Of a DNA stretch of 64,000 nucleotides, positions 28,659-40,269 are shown in pieces. The stretch's first letter is position 1, and the number at the start of each line of letters is the position of its first letter. The notes below the pieces were generated by a model. That model saw only the letters and a list, made by a program, of their open reading frames with translations, was not told the DNA's origin and ran no database searches. This DNA comes from Octopus vulgaris. Taxonomy: Eukaryota. The stretch is from NCBI GenBank assembly GCA_951406725.2, contig OX597822.1, forward strand, positions 44,826,001-44,890,000, written 5' to 3'. The position numbers and the translations under genes were made by a program.

Positions 28659-28960
28659 TGCTTGCATACACACATACATACATACACACTTACACTTCTA
28701 GGTAATAGTAATAATCCAAGCTGTGTCCTCCTGGATAGGAGGTTCTATACATTTTCCTACATCAGTGCCTTTCTAGTTCCTATCCTATAATGAAACATGC
28801 GTAAAATGGAATTAACAAGTATGCTAACATATTTTCATTCCTCTCTTTATATATATGTGTGTGTGTGTGTGTGTGTATGTATATTATTATTAAGTTTTAT
28901 ATCAAGATTTCTTGCCAATAGAGAAATACCCTGTTTCTAACCTAGATCTAAGGCTTCTTG

Positions 28961-29002
<42 letters not shown>

Positions 29003-29507
29003 AAGAAAGAAAGAGGGAGAGAGAATGAGGGAGAGATTGATAGACAGTTGGTGAGAGGATGATTGAGATAATTGCCGAAGGAATTAATAAAGATGGTGAA
29101 TATAAGGCAATCAAACACATATGACTGACAAACGGTCAGTGGCACTTCCAAAATTAGCGTGTCAGTGATTGTCATAGCAACAAAAACGGAGTTTGTGAAA
29201 GACTGGAAGAGACAAGGTTGGAGAAATGCGAAGGCTGACATAAAAAAGATGACAAACGAATAACAGAGAAGGGGAGAAGAGAGAGAGAAAGAGGGTAGAA
29301 ATATAGGGGGAATGGAAAGAGACAGAGTGGGGAGAGATTGATGATAAGTCGCTGAGTGATAGAAAAGTGATAGAAAATAGAGATCAAGATGAATAAGGAG
29401 TAAGAAATTTTTAAATTCAGAAAGGTAGACAGACACAGACAGACAAGAAGAGAGGAATTAAGAGAAGCAAACAGACAAACGTACGCTGATAGAGAGGACG
29501 TACAGGA

Positions 29508-29562
<55 letters not shown>

Positions 29563-29689
29563 TGTGTGTGTGTGTGTATGTGTGTGTGAGCGTGTGGATG
29601 TATACATATATACATACATACATACATACATACATACACACATACATGTATATATATATATATTTATTCGTATATATATATTCATTTAT

Positions 29690-29852
29690 TCATTTAGTTG
29701 TTTTGGGCATTTGACAGAGGCTGTGGTGGAGCACTGCCTTTAATCGAAGAAATCGACACCAGGACGTATTCATTGTAAGCCTGGCGCTCATTTTATTGGC
29801 CTCTTTTTGAACCGCTAGAGACATACATACACGTATATATATATATATACAT

Positions 29853-29898
<46 letters not shown>

Positions 29899-29907
29899 TC
29901 TTTTACT

Positions 29908-29942
<35 letters not shown>

Positions 29943-29997
29943 TCTTTTACTCTTTTACTTGTTTCAGTCATTTGACTGCGGCCATGCTGGAGCACAG
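29690..29997 (-). mobile_element. Two 3' fragments of SINE family D
   Basis: tggagcactgcctttaatcg...ttgtaagcc and cttttacttgtttcagtcatttgactgcggccatgctggagcac. Confidence 0.75.
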
Positions 29998-29999
29998 CC

Positions 30000-30479
30000 T
30001 TTCGTTCCAGCAGCCGCTGAAGCAACACGTATTTGTTCGTCTCCCTGTGGCCATTAGGCACAACTTCATAAGCCAGCCCCATACTCAATTCGTCCTGTCG
30101 AAAGACCCTTGTCCTACGTCCTGGTTTTGTTTTGTTGTTTATTTTTTATACTTTATTTTTACCGTTATTGTTTTTACGTTTTTGTATTCTTATTGTTGTC
30201 ACGTATTCTGTATTTTTGTTCGTGTACTTCGTTCGTTTTCCGTCCTCGTGTTGTATACATTCGAAGCTTTCTTCCAGGGGATCTAATGCACTTGGCTTAG
30301 ATTTCCCTTGGCGGGCTGCCCATATCGGAGCAATCTCAAGATTAATCAGCCGAAATTGCTAAGATGATCTGGTTCTTGACTGATGACTGAGGGCTTCGAA
30401 CGTCCCGTCCTGTGGTTCTTGTGTCGTCTCTGTGGCGTTTCATGTTCTTGTCCATGTCTGTAATTATTTTTACTGTTTA

Positions 30480-30480
<1 letters not shown>
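30000..30480 (+). mobile_element. Repeat family E (Penelope/retrozyme-like), inverted relative to 39313-40405
   Basis: Diverged reverse complement of 39313-39750; contains the permuted hammerhead candidate. Confidence 0.75.
30329..30395 (+). ncRNA. Candidate non-circularly permuted hammerhead ribozyme, copy 1
   Basis: AGCAAU-C-UCAAGA-uuaaucagcc-GAA-AUUGCU-13 nt-UCUUGA-CUGAUGA-cugagggcu. Stem III 6 bp, stem I 6 bp, stem II ambiguous. Confidence 0.45.
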
Positions 30481-30524
<44 letters not shown>

Positions 30525-30526
<2 letters not shown>

Positions 30527-30664
30527 CCGTCTTCCAGATCCACTTAAAAGGGTTTGGTCTGCCTGAGGCTATAACAGAAGACTGTTGCCCAATGTGCCAC
30601 GCAGTAGGACAGTTGCCATGCAGTTGGGAGGCAAACTCTTACCACACAGCTATGACTACTCCTA
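30525..30664 (-). mobile_element. Decayed head of SINE family D
   Basis: gaggctataacagaagactgttgcccaatgtgccacgcagtaggac...cttaccacacagc. Confidence 0.65.
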
Positions 30665-31114
30665 TATATATGTATATATGTGCCTCTCTGTGTGTGTATA
30701 TATATATGTGTATATATATATATGTGTGTGTGCGTGCGTGTGTGTGTGTGTGTGTGTATCTATGTATGTGTCCAAAAACACATAAGCAGAATGACTGAAA
30801 GACATCTCTGGAGTCAAGCGTCTAGGTTGAAAGACAGAGACAGACAGACTGACTGACAGACAGATAGACAGACAATCAGAGAGGCAGCAGACAGACAGAC
30901 AACCAGACAGGCAGATAGACTGATAGATGACTCAGATTGTTGCCGAGAATATTTTGATTAATGATCAGATTTTCAACCATAAACTTTAAATGTCAACAAA
31001 TGTGAGGAAGTACATTATACGCCATTCATATATACGCATATATATGTATATATAATATATGCATATATATGTATGCGCATATATATATGCGTATATATAT
31101 ATATATATATATGC

Positions 31115-31162
<48 letters not shown>

Positions 31163-31220
31163 GCATGTAAGTATACATGTAGTTATACACATACACATTC
31201 ATATAAGGATACATGGGTAC

Positions 31221-31252
<32 letters not shown>

Positions 31253-31660
31253 TTTTATATACAAATGCCTACGCTCATGTGTGTATATAATGCATATATC
31301 TTTATACACACAGACACACACATATAAATGTGTATATGTGTCTATGCATTCATACACACACTCAGAAATCTATCACACACTTTTACAAACGCGATCATTA
31401 ATTCTGTAATTATTATGTAAACAGACATAGATATAGACATACGTGTGGGATGTAAAGATGCATATCAACGTGTATATGTATGCTGATATATTTATACACA
31501 CACACACACACATATATATATCGGGTGTGTGTGTAAATAAGCAGGTGCATATGCGTATACGTGTGGGTGAGAGAGTGTGTGTGTTTGTGTGTGTTTGTGT
31601 GTGTGACTATAACTCTACATATATATTTTAGAAAGAGAGAGAGACATACAGACAGCTAGG

Positions 31661-31710
<50 letters not shown>

Positions 31711-31774
31711 TACAGACAGACAGACAGGCAGAGAGATAGATAGATTGATAGACAGGTATTTAGATAGATTGAAT

Positions 31775-31848
<74 letters not shown>

Positions 31849-32558
31849 CATAGATAGAGTTTCGTACTTTACATTAAAGATTGATAAATTAATATTGATT
31901 ACATTCGATGGAGGCGTTGGCAGTTTGATGATGGTAGTGGCGGTAATTGCTGTAGTGATGGTGGTGGTGCAGGTTGCCCCGGATATGGCAAGTGATGAGA
32001 GTGGTGGTGATGTTGATGATGTTAATGATGATGATGATAATGATGATGATGATGATGATGAGGCGGAGGACGATTGTAATGACGTCTAGGTTGACGACGA
32101 TGTTGATAATGAAGTGGGTGATGATTTTAACATTTTTGCCATTCTCACACACACAAACACACACGTACACACACACACACACACACGCATACACTAAAAC
32201 AAACACGTTTCTTAACGTGAGTGTGTTTGTCTATGTAGACGTGTGTGTGTGTACGTGTACCAATGTATGCATGCGTATGCGCATGGCTGCATTACTTTGG
32301 TGTGTGTGTGTGTGTCTACGTGTGTGTATATGTGTAAGTGTATCGGCTTGAGCGTGTGTGCATGTCTCTGCGCATGCGTGTGTGTGTGTGTGTGAGCGCT
32401 ATTTCTTTTATGTCTTGTCTTAGATGCTTCAGATCTGACATTAAATGACGGCAAATTATGTTGCATTTACCTACCACACAGAAAATATGGAGTGTGGGCA
32501 GCAACAGCCGCAGCAGCAGCAGTAGTTGTAGTGGTATTATTATTATTATTATTATTAT

Positions 32559-32668
<110 letters not shown>

Positions 32669-32865
32669 AGGCGAATGCCGAAGAAGCTGTAAGTGAATCT
32701 ATCGTAGAAAAAGATATAGCATTGCACCATCTGTATTTCGGCTTGATGAACTTACACACACATATATATACACACACACAAACACATAGACACAGACACA
32801 CACACACATACACACACACACAAACACACACACACATATATATACATGTATTATATATATATGTG

Positions 32866-32888
<23 letters not shown>

Positions 32889-32909
<21 letters not shown>

Positions 32910-33160
32910 GAGGCGCGTGGCTTAGTGCTTAGGGTGTCAGCACCATGATCGTAAGATTGTGATTTCTATTCCTGGACCGGGCGACACATTGTGGTCTTGA
33001 GCAAAACCCTTCATTTCACGTTGCTCCAGTCTACTCAGCTGGCAAAAATGAGTAACGCTGCGATGGACTGGCGTCCCGTCTAACTGGGGAACACATACGC
33101 CATAGAAGCCGGGAAACCGGGCCCATGAGACTGGCTAGGCTTTAAAATGGCGCATTTATT
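32889..33160 (+). mobile_element. Full-length SINE family B
   Basis: gaggcgcgtggcttagtg...cttgagcaaaa...gatggactggcgtcccgtc...gggcccatgagactggctaggctttaaaatggcgcatttatt. Confidence 0.9.
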
Positions 33161-33204
33161 ATATATGTATGAAAAAAGAATATATACACATATATACATA
33201 TATA

Positions 33205-34079
33205 TATTGTTGACGTCATACTAATTTATTGACTTTGGAGGGAACGTGAAATATTTCATGTAAAGTATAGAAGCCATCTTATCATGGCTAACCACATTGG
33301 GGAGGGGGTGTCACTGTAGCTTTATAGCCCCAAGAGATCTTCGTCTCAAGCTGGCTTTAGACACAATATCAGCGTCCTTGGAGTATTTCCAAAGGGAGGC
33401 CATCCCTTTTTGAAGAAATGGATCTCGAAACACACAAAACGCTCTACAGAATAACATGCAAATTTTGCGTTGGGAAAGTCTTTCAGATAAAAATAATCAA
33501 TAATATTACAACGCCTATCATTTTCAGGACATAACTTCTATTATCGCATTGAAGGATAGCAGAAATTGTACAATGCGTGACATATTAAATAAGGAGTAAA
33601 CCAACAAGCATTTTCTAAATATTTTTCTGCCATTATATACTTCTGTTTCGGGTGTTAGCCCCATTTCGTCAGTATATTCTGCTCATGCAGTGATGAAGTA
33701 AGTACTTCATTGAAAACCCTTTTTTATATAAGGATATAAAACTATAATAAGTATATTTTGTTCTGCTGTTCGTAATCTAGTTACTTGTTTTCGGTCTCCT
33801 TTATTTTTCCTGTCGCCATATAGTTTTCTTTCTTTATTCCTTTTTGTCGTGGAGCATGGGTTGGAAACGTCAAAGACTCTTCCATTTTTTCTTGAGCGTC
33901 AAACAAATACACCATGATTGTTGTTCCTTCACACTCACACTTTTCTTTTTGTACAATCTTGGAACATATATATATATATTGGTGACGTCATAATTTATTG
34001 ACTTTGGAGAGAACGTGAAATATTTCGTTTTTGAAGAAGTGGATCTCGAAACACACAAAACGCTCTAGAGAATATCATG

Positions 34080-34085
<6 letters not shown>
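33205..34085. repeat. Direct repeats 33205-33465 and 33978-34085; the first has ~150 bp extra (33258-33405)
   Basis: Both contain tgacgtcata...atttattgactttggag-gaacgtgaaatatttc and ttttgaagaa-tggatctcgaaacacacaaaacgctcta. Confidence 0.85.
33634..33676 (-). ncRNA. Minimal type-I hammerhead ribozyme motif of a second family
   Basis: Minus strand: UAUA-CUGACGA-aau-GGG gcuaaca CCC-GAA-AC agaa GU-A-UAUA. Confidence 0.55.
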
Positions 34086-34118
<33 letters not shown>

Positions 34119-34208
34119 GTGTGTGTATGTTGTCTGTGTGTATGTGTTTGTGTGTGTGTGTAGAAAGACACAGAGATTGATATATGTGTATGTATGTGTG
34201 TGTATATA

Positions 34209-34368
34209 CTCTTTACTCTTTTATTTGTTTCAGTCATTTCACTACGGTCATGCTGGAGCACCACCTTTGGGCGAGCAAATCGACCCCAGGACTTATTCTT
34301 TGTAAGCCTAGTACTTATTCTAGCGGCCGAACCGCTAAGTTACTGGGACGTAAACATACCAGCATCAT

Positions 34369-34431
<63 letters not shown>

Positions 34432-34607
34432 TATACATATATACGACGGGCGTCTTTCACTTTCCGTCTACGAAATCCACCCACAAAGCTTTGGTCGGCC
34501 CGAGCCTATAGTAGAAGACATTTTGCCCAAGGTACCACGCAGTGGGACTGAACCCGGAACTAAGTGGTTGGTAAGCAAACTACTTACCAGACAGCCACTC
34601 CTGCGCC
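34209..34607 (-). mobile_element. Full-length SINE family D with internal (CA)n(TA)n
   Basis: Head on minus ggcgcaggagtggctgtctggtaag...gttccgggttcagtccc; tail ...gactgaaacaaataaaagagt. Confidence 0.9.
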
Positions 34608-34610
34608 TAT

Positions 34611-34674
<64 letters not shown>

Positions 34675-34994
34675 TCAAAATAAAATAGTGTACAAATAAA
34701 CACAAAAGAAAAACTACCTTTAACAGGTAATTTTTACACGCTGAAGAGGCAGTCAACAACGGCCAAAACAATATTTAATTGCAATTTTCGAAGGGAACGA
34801 AAAATAAAAACCTATACCTTGTTATTTTTTGCGGTTATACCCAGGTTTCAAGTTTCTTTAGCAAACAGAATAATTTGCTAGCGAATTCCCATCAGTGACC
34901 GCGCTTTAACAACTAACAACTAACATATAATTCAGAGACAAATAACACGTTCTCATCATTATATGTTATAATTCAGCGCGCAAGCACAGTTTCA

Positions 34995-35065
<71 letters not shown>

Positions 35066-35082
35066 ACCGTATACCGAATATA

Positions 35083-35142
<60 letters not shown>

Positions 35143-35169
35143 CAAACATATACAGAATATATATTAATG

Positions 35170-35320
35170 ATCTGGCAGAATCGTTGGCTCACTGGGCAAA
35201 ATGCTTAGCGGCACTTCATCGCTCTTCACGTTCCGAGTTCGAATTCTGCCGATGTTGTCTTTGCTTTTCATTTTTTCGTTGTCGATAAATTAAGCACCAG
35301 TGAAACACTGGAATCGACGG
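35170..35320 (+). mobile_element. Partial SINE family A
   Basis: ctggcagaatcgttgg...atgcttagcgg...gagttcgaattc...gtcgataaattaagcaccagtgaaacactgg. Confidence 0.8.
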
Positions 35321-35344
35321 GCCTACTTATGATAGGAATTGTTT

Positions 35345-35600
35345 CTGTTTTCAGACTCCACATTCGAGTTCCCTTTGTATTTCGAAAGTTTTTCCGTTTC
35401 TTTTAGGGAAACATTGTCATCTGTTCGTATTGATGCATCGATTAAAAAGCATTTTCTTCTTGGTGATCTCTGACAACTGTATACAGCCTATTGGCCTTAA
35501 TTTCTTTATCTGTGTGTATTGGCATTTCCCAAAGTATGGTTGCTTTCTCATTTTCGTCATCTTTTCTGGAGTGTGCTATACCAACATCTTTCTGTCGATT
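35345..35600 (-). mobile_element. RLE-endonuclease fragment of an R4/Dong-type LINE abutting (ATT)n
   Basis: ENEKATILWEMPIHTDKEIKANRLYTVVRD, then after frameshifts FLIDASIRTDDNVSLKE and KLSKYK. Confidence 0.75.
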
Positions 35601-35647
35601 ATCATCACCATCGTTATCATCATCATCATCATTATTATTATTACTAA

Positions 35648-35696
<49 letters not shown>

Positions 35697-35704
35697 ATTA
35701 TCAT

Positions 35705-35810
<106 letters not shown>

Positions 35811-35825
35811 TGTAGTAGTAGATTT

Positions 35826-36360
35826 AAGGCGGCGAGCTGGCCGAATCGTTAGCACGCCGGGCGAAATGCTTAGCGATATTTCGTCTGCCGCTACGTTCTG
35901 AGTTCAAATTCCGCCGAGGTCAACTTTGCATTTCATCCTTTCGGGGTCGATTAAATAAGTACCAGCTACGCACTGGGGTCGATATAATCGAATTAATCCG
36001 TTTGTCTATCCTTGTTTATCCCCTTTCTGTGTAGCCCCTTGTGGGCAATAAAGAAATAGGTATTTTGTCTGCCATTACGTTCTGAGCCCAAATTCCGCCG
36101 AGGTCGGCTTTGCCTTTCATCCTTTCGGGCTTGATAAAATAAGTACCAGTGAAACACTGGGGTCGATGAGATCGACTATTCCCCTCACCACAAATTTGAG
36201 GCCTTGTGCCTAAAGTAGAAAGCATTACGTTCTGAGCTCAAATTCCGCAGAGGTCGACTTTGTTTTTCATCCTTTCGTGGTCGATAAGTTAAGTACCAGC
36301 TATAATCGACTATCACCCTCCCCACGAAATCCAGGCCTTGTCCCTATAATAGAAAGGATA
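35826..36360 (+). mobile_element. SINE family A with three tandem body units
   Basis: Head at 35828; body restarts at about 36060 and 36225. Confidence 0.9.
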
Positions 36361-36369
36361 ATTGCTGTT

Positions 36370-36647
36370 GTTCCTGCAGCTGCTGCTACTGCTGCTGCTG
36401 CTGCTGTTGTTATTTTTATAGTTGGTGTTATATTATCATAAATTTTATCGTCCTGGTTATTTTTATTACCGCTGTTTCGATATTGTTGTTTGTATCGATA
36501 TTGTTTATTTCATCAGTGATTTTTATTGCCGTCGCTGCCATTATTATTGTCGTTACTCTTATTGTTTTCGTTCGTTGTTGTTATTATTTTTATGGTATGG
36601 TATGCAGTAATTGAATACAGAATATTATAAACACACACCTACACACA

Positions 36648-36688
<41 letters not shown>

Positions 36689-37902
36689 ACGCACGCATAA
36701 ATGCACAAGTACATAAAACAAGAAATGATTAAGGTATAATACGGGTGTAAATTAGATTAAACAGAAATCCGCGGTGGATTGAATGCGAAATGGAGAGAAG
36801 GAGAGGATAAGGAAAAGGAGAATGGAGAGAGAGAAAGAGAGAGAGAGGGGGGTGAAGGAGGGGGATTTAGTGAGCAGCGTTCTAATGGGCGTGGTTGTGG
36901 TGGCATCCGAAGGAACTGATTGAGATCAATAATGATAAACTCCTGCCGAGCCCGCGTGCTATTAAATATTATCTCAAATGAAAACACCATCATCGTCGTC
37001 ATCATCATCATTATCATCGTCTTCAGCAGTAGCAGCGCAACAGCACCACAGCAGCAGCAACAACAACAACAACACAAATGACAACAACAGCGGAGAGATC
37101 GACGGCACGTACACCAAATGAAGGTAGGAAAGACAACAGCATCAACAAGAAGAAATATCTAATGAGAGAAGGAGGAGGTGGAGGAGAGAAGAAGAAGAAG
37201 AAGAAGAAGACGACGACGACGATGATGATGGCGTTGATGATGATGAGGATGATAGATGATGATCATGATCATCATGATGATGATGATGATGGCGATGATG
37301 ATCATGATGATGTTGGCGCTGATGATGATGATGTTGGCGATGATGATGATAGCGATGACGACAACGATGACGAGGAGGAGGAGGAGATTGAGGAGGAGGA
37401 GGAGATTGAGGTGGAGGAGGAGGAGGAAGAAGAAGAAGAAGAAGAAGAAGAAGAAGAAGAAGAAGAAGAAGAAGCACAACAACAACAACAACAACAACAG
37501 GAATATCGACTAGAATGTCGGTTAATTTTACGTTCAATGAGTGCAAAATGGGTCCGGAGGGAGGATGAGGGAGAAATTAAAAACAAGAACACCACAAAGC
37601 AAAAACATAAATGCTGAAAAAAACACCATATCTGAGCGAGTCTAAAAGATCCCCGAGGGATTCCGGTCGTGGTTCTGTGTTCGCGTTGTGGAGGCGCCGG
37701 GAAGGCGGGTGGGGCAGGGGAATTTATGTTTTGAAAAAATATTTGCATCCCCACCACTACACGCATCGCCACCGCCGCTGCCATCATAATCATCATCATC
37801 ATCATCATCATCATACGCAGTTTTATCACCATCATCATCTCTATCATTCTCATCATCACCATCATCACCATCATCACCATCATCATCATCATCATCATTA
37901 TT

Positions 37903-37947
<45 letters not shown>

Positions 37948-38799
37948 GTCATCATCATCATCATCATACGCAGTTTTATCACCATCATCATCTCTATCAT
38001 CCTCACCATCACCATCATCACCATCATCACCATCATCATCATCATCATCATTATTATCATCATCATCATCATCATCGTCGTCGTCGTCTTCATAATCATC
38101 ATCATCATCATCTTATCATCATCATCTCAATCATCATCATCGTTATTGTCGTTGTCATCGACATCATTATCATCGCCATCATCATCATCATCATCACCAC
38201 CACCACCACTACCACTATCAGCATCATTACCACTACTACCATCATCACCACAACCACCAGCATCATTACCACTACCACCATCATCACCGCCACCACCATC
38301 ACCAACGCCATCAAACTCACTCTAATCCTCGTCATCGACATTCGCGCCATCATTAGCAACAGTGTTGTTTATCATCATTATCAATAACATTTCGATGAGG
38401 CTGATTTTCAGCATAGTCTTACACCTACTACTACTACTACTGCCGCCACTACTGCTGCTGCTGCTGCGGCTGCTACTGCCCCTGCTGCAAAAGTGCCGAT
38501 AGGGATGAATATGACAAGAGTGGTAAGGAGAATAATTACCAGGATTATGGCAAGGGTGGATTGCTGCTGCTGCTACTACTACAACTACTGCTGCTGCTGT
38601 TGTTGTTGTGCTGACAATGACGATGACGACGACGACAATGATGTTTACGGACAGTGGTGGTGGTGATGGTGGTGGTGGTGGTGGTGGTGGTGGTGGTGGT
38701 GGTGGTGGTAACGCTGATCTTGTTAGTAATAACGTGGATTAAGGGTAAAGAGGAAGTTGATGAGTCTCGGAGCTGTGGATCTGGATCAGATTGCTTAGC

Positions 38800-38850
<51 letters not shown>

Positions 38851-38960
38851 TGAAGGGCGAAGAAGAAGGAGAAGAAGAAGAAGCGCGTTTGGATGTGAAA
38901 TTTAATGATTGCAAACGTGTGGTGGTGGTGGTGGTGGAGGTGGTGGTGGTGGGCGAAATA
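36370..38960. repeat. Trinucleotide-repeat domain (GAT/CAT/GAA/GAG/CAC/GTA/GTG) including a ~150-bp tandem duplication
   Basis: Direct inspection; catacgcagttttatcaccatcatcatctctatcat occurs at about 37812 and 37965. Confidence 0.9.
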
Positions 38961-39119
38961 CTGAATGTTTTTAGGGTTTAAAGTTAACAATGGAAAATGA
39001 ACAATTTAATATTTGAATGGTTCATAGAAAGAAGAAAACAACCCGAAAACGTGAGGGGTTTCTCAACGAAATAATAGTATACAGGGAAAAAAAAAATGCA
39101 TATGGACAAATACTCGACA

Positions 39120-39258
39120 GCGTGGCTGGATGGTTCGAGTCTTGCTTTCCAACCGCACGGTTCTGGGTTCAGTTCCCCTACCTTGGGCAAACTCCGGCCG
39201 ACCAATCCTTGTCAGTCGGTTTGGTAGGCGGAAAAGGCCAAAACTGAAAGAAGCCCAT

Positions 39259-39260
<2 letters not shown>
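39120..39260 (+). mobile_element. Head of SINE family D, ending at (TA)n
   Basis: gtggctggatgg...gttctgggttcagttccc...ccttgggcaa...aaactgaaagaagccc. Confidence 0.7.
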
Positions 39261-39319
<59 letters not shown>

Positions 39320-39396
39320 GTTAAAAAAAACAACACAAACTGGGACAAGAACGTGAAACATTTTGAAGACGATAAAAAATCACACAGACGAAGCTC

Positions 39397-39457
39397 TCAG
39401 TCATCAGTCAAGAACCAGATCATCTTCGCAATTTCGGCTGATTAATCTTGAGATTGC
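39397..39457 (-). ncRNA. Candidate permuted hammerhead, copy 2
   Basis: Minus strand: GCAAU-C-UCAAGA-uuaaucagcc-GAA-AUUGC-gaagaugaucuggu-UCUUGA-CUGAUGA-cuga. Confidence 0.45.
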
Positions 39458-40208
39458 TCCAATCTGGGCAGCCCGCCAAGGGAAATCTAAGCCAATCGCA
39501 TTAGATTCCTCGGAAGAAAACCTCGAAAGTATACAACACGGTGACGGAAAAACGGACGATGTTACTCGAAAAAAATTCAAAAATACGTAAAAACAATAAC
39601 GATAGCACGGATAAGAATACAAAATAACGTAAAAACAATAATAACAAAACCAGGACGTCAGGACAAGCGTCTTTCGACAGGACGAGTTGAGCATAGGCTG
39701 GCTGTGGAACAAGTGCCTGAAGGCAAACGGAGCACAAACAAATACGTGTTGTCACACTAACTACTTGATGCGAAAAGGCAGTAGTAGCTGGCTGGTCACG
39801 TGAACACAAAAAGGAGAAAGGGACAGATGAAGAGAGAAGCAAGAGAGGGAAAGGGACAGGTCAAGTGGGGTATAAGGTCTGAGAGGCAGAGAAATGTGGG
39901 AGAGGAGGGACGGAGGAAGAGAGAAAGAAAGAAGGGGAACAAGGGAGGAGAAGAAAAAGAGGGAAAGAGACAGAACAAGGGGAGTGCAAAGGGTGAAGGC
40001 AGAGAAAAGTAGGAGAGGGGGGAAAAAGAGACAGTGTAGTCGAGTCGTACCAATGTTAGAGAGTAATATACTTACATTATAGGGTCAAAAGGTAGGATAC
40101 GTAGCTGCCATGTATATATGTAAACGTTAAAAAAAACACAAACTGGGACAAGAACGTGAAACATTTTGAAGACGACAAAAAATCACACAGACGGGACTTT
40201 CGAAGCTC

Positions 40209-40269
40209 TCAGTCATCAGTCAAGCACCAGATCATCTTCGCAATTTCGGCTGATTAATCTTGAGATTGC
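40209..40269 (-). ncRNA. Candidate permuted hammerhead, copy 3
   Basis: As copy 2, but stem I is 5 bp (UCAAG/CUUGA). Confidence 0.42.

Noticed and set aside
34741-34770. CUGAAGA-GGC...GCC-AAAAC hammerhead-like motif
   Set aside because: G12 is missing and no stem I or III can be formed; at most a decayed copy.
37078-38387. Acidic 179-aa and His-rich 258-aa ORFs
   Set aside because: Open frames occur on both strands because the repeats lack stops; no recognisable protein motif.
40190-40225. Alternative conventional hammerhead reading CUGAUGA-cugagagcuuc-GAAA-gucccguc
   Set aside because: No stem III or stem I partner downstream; GAAA reads GAAC in copy 1 and is deleted in copy 2.
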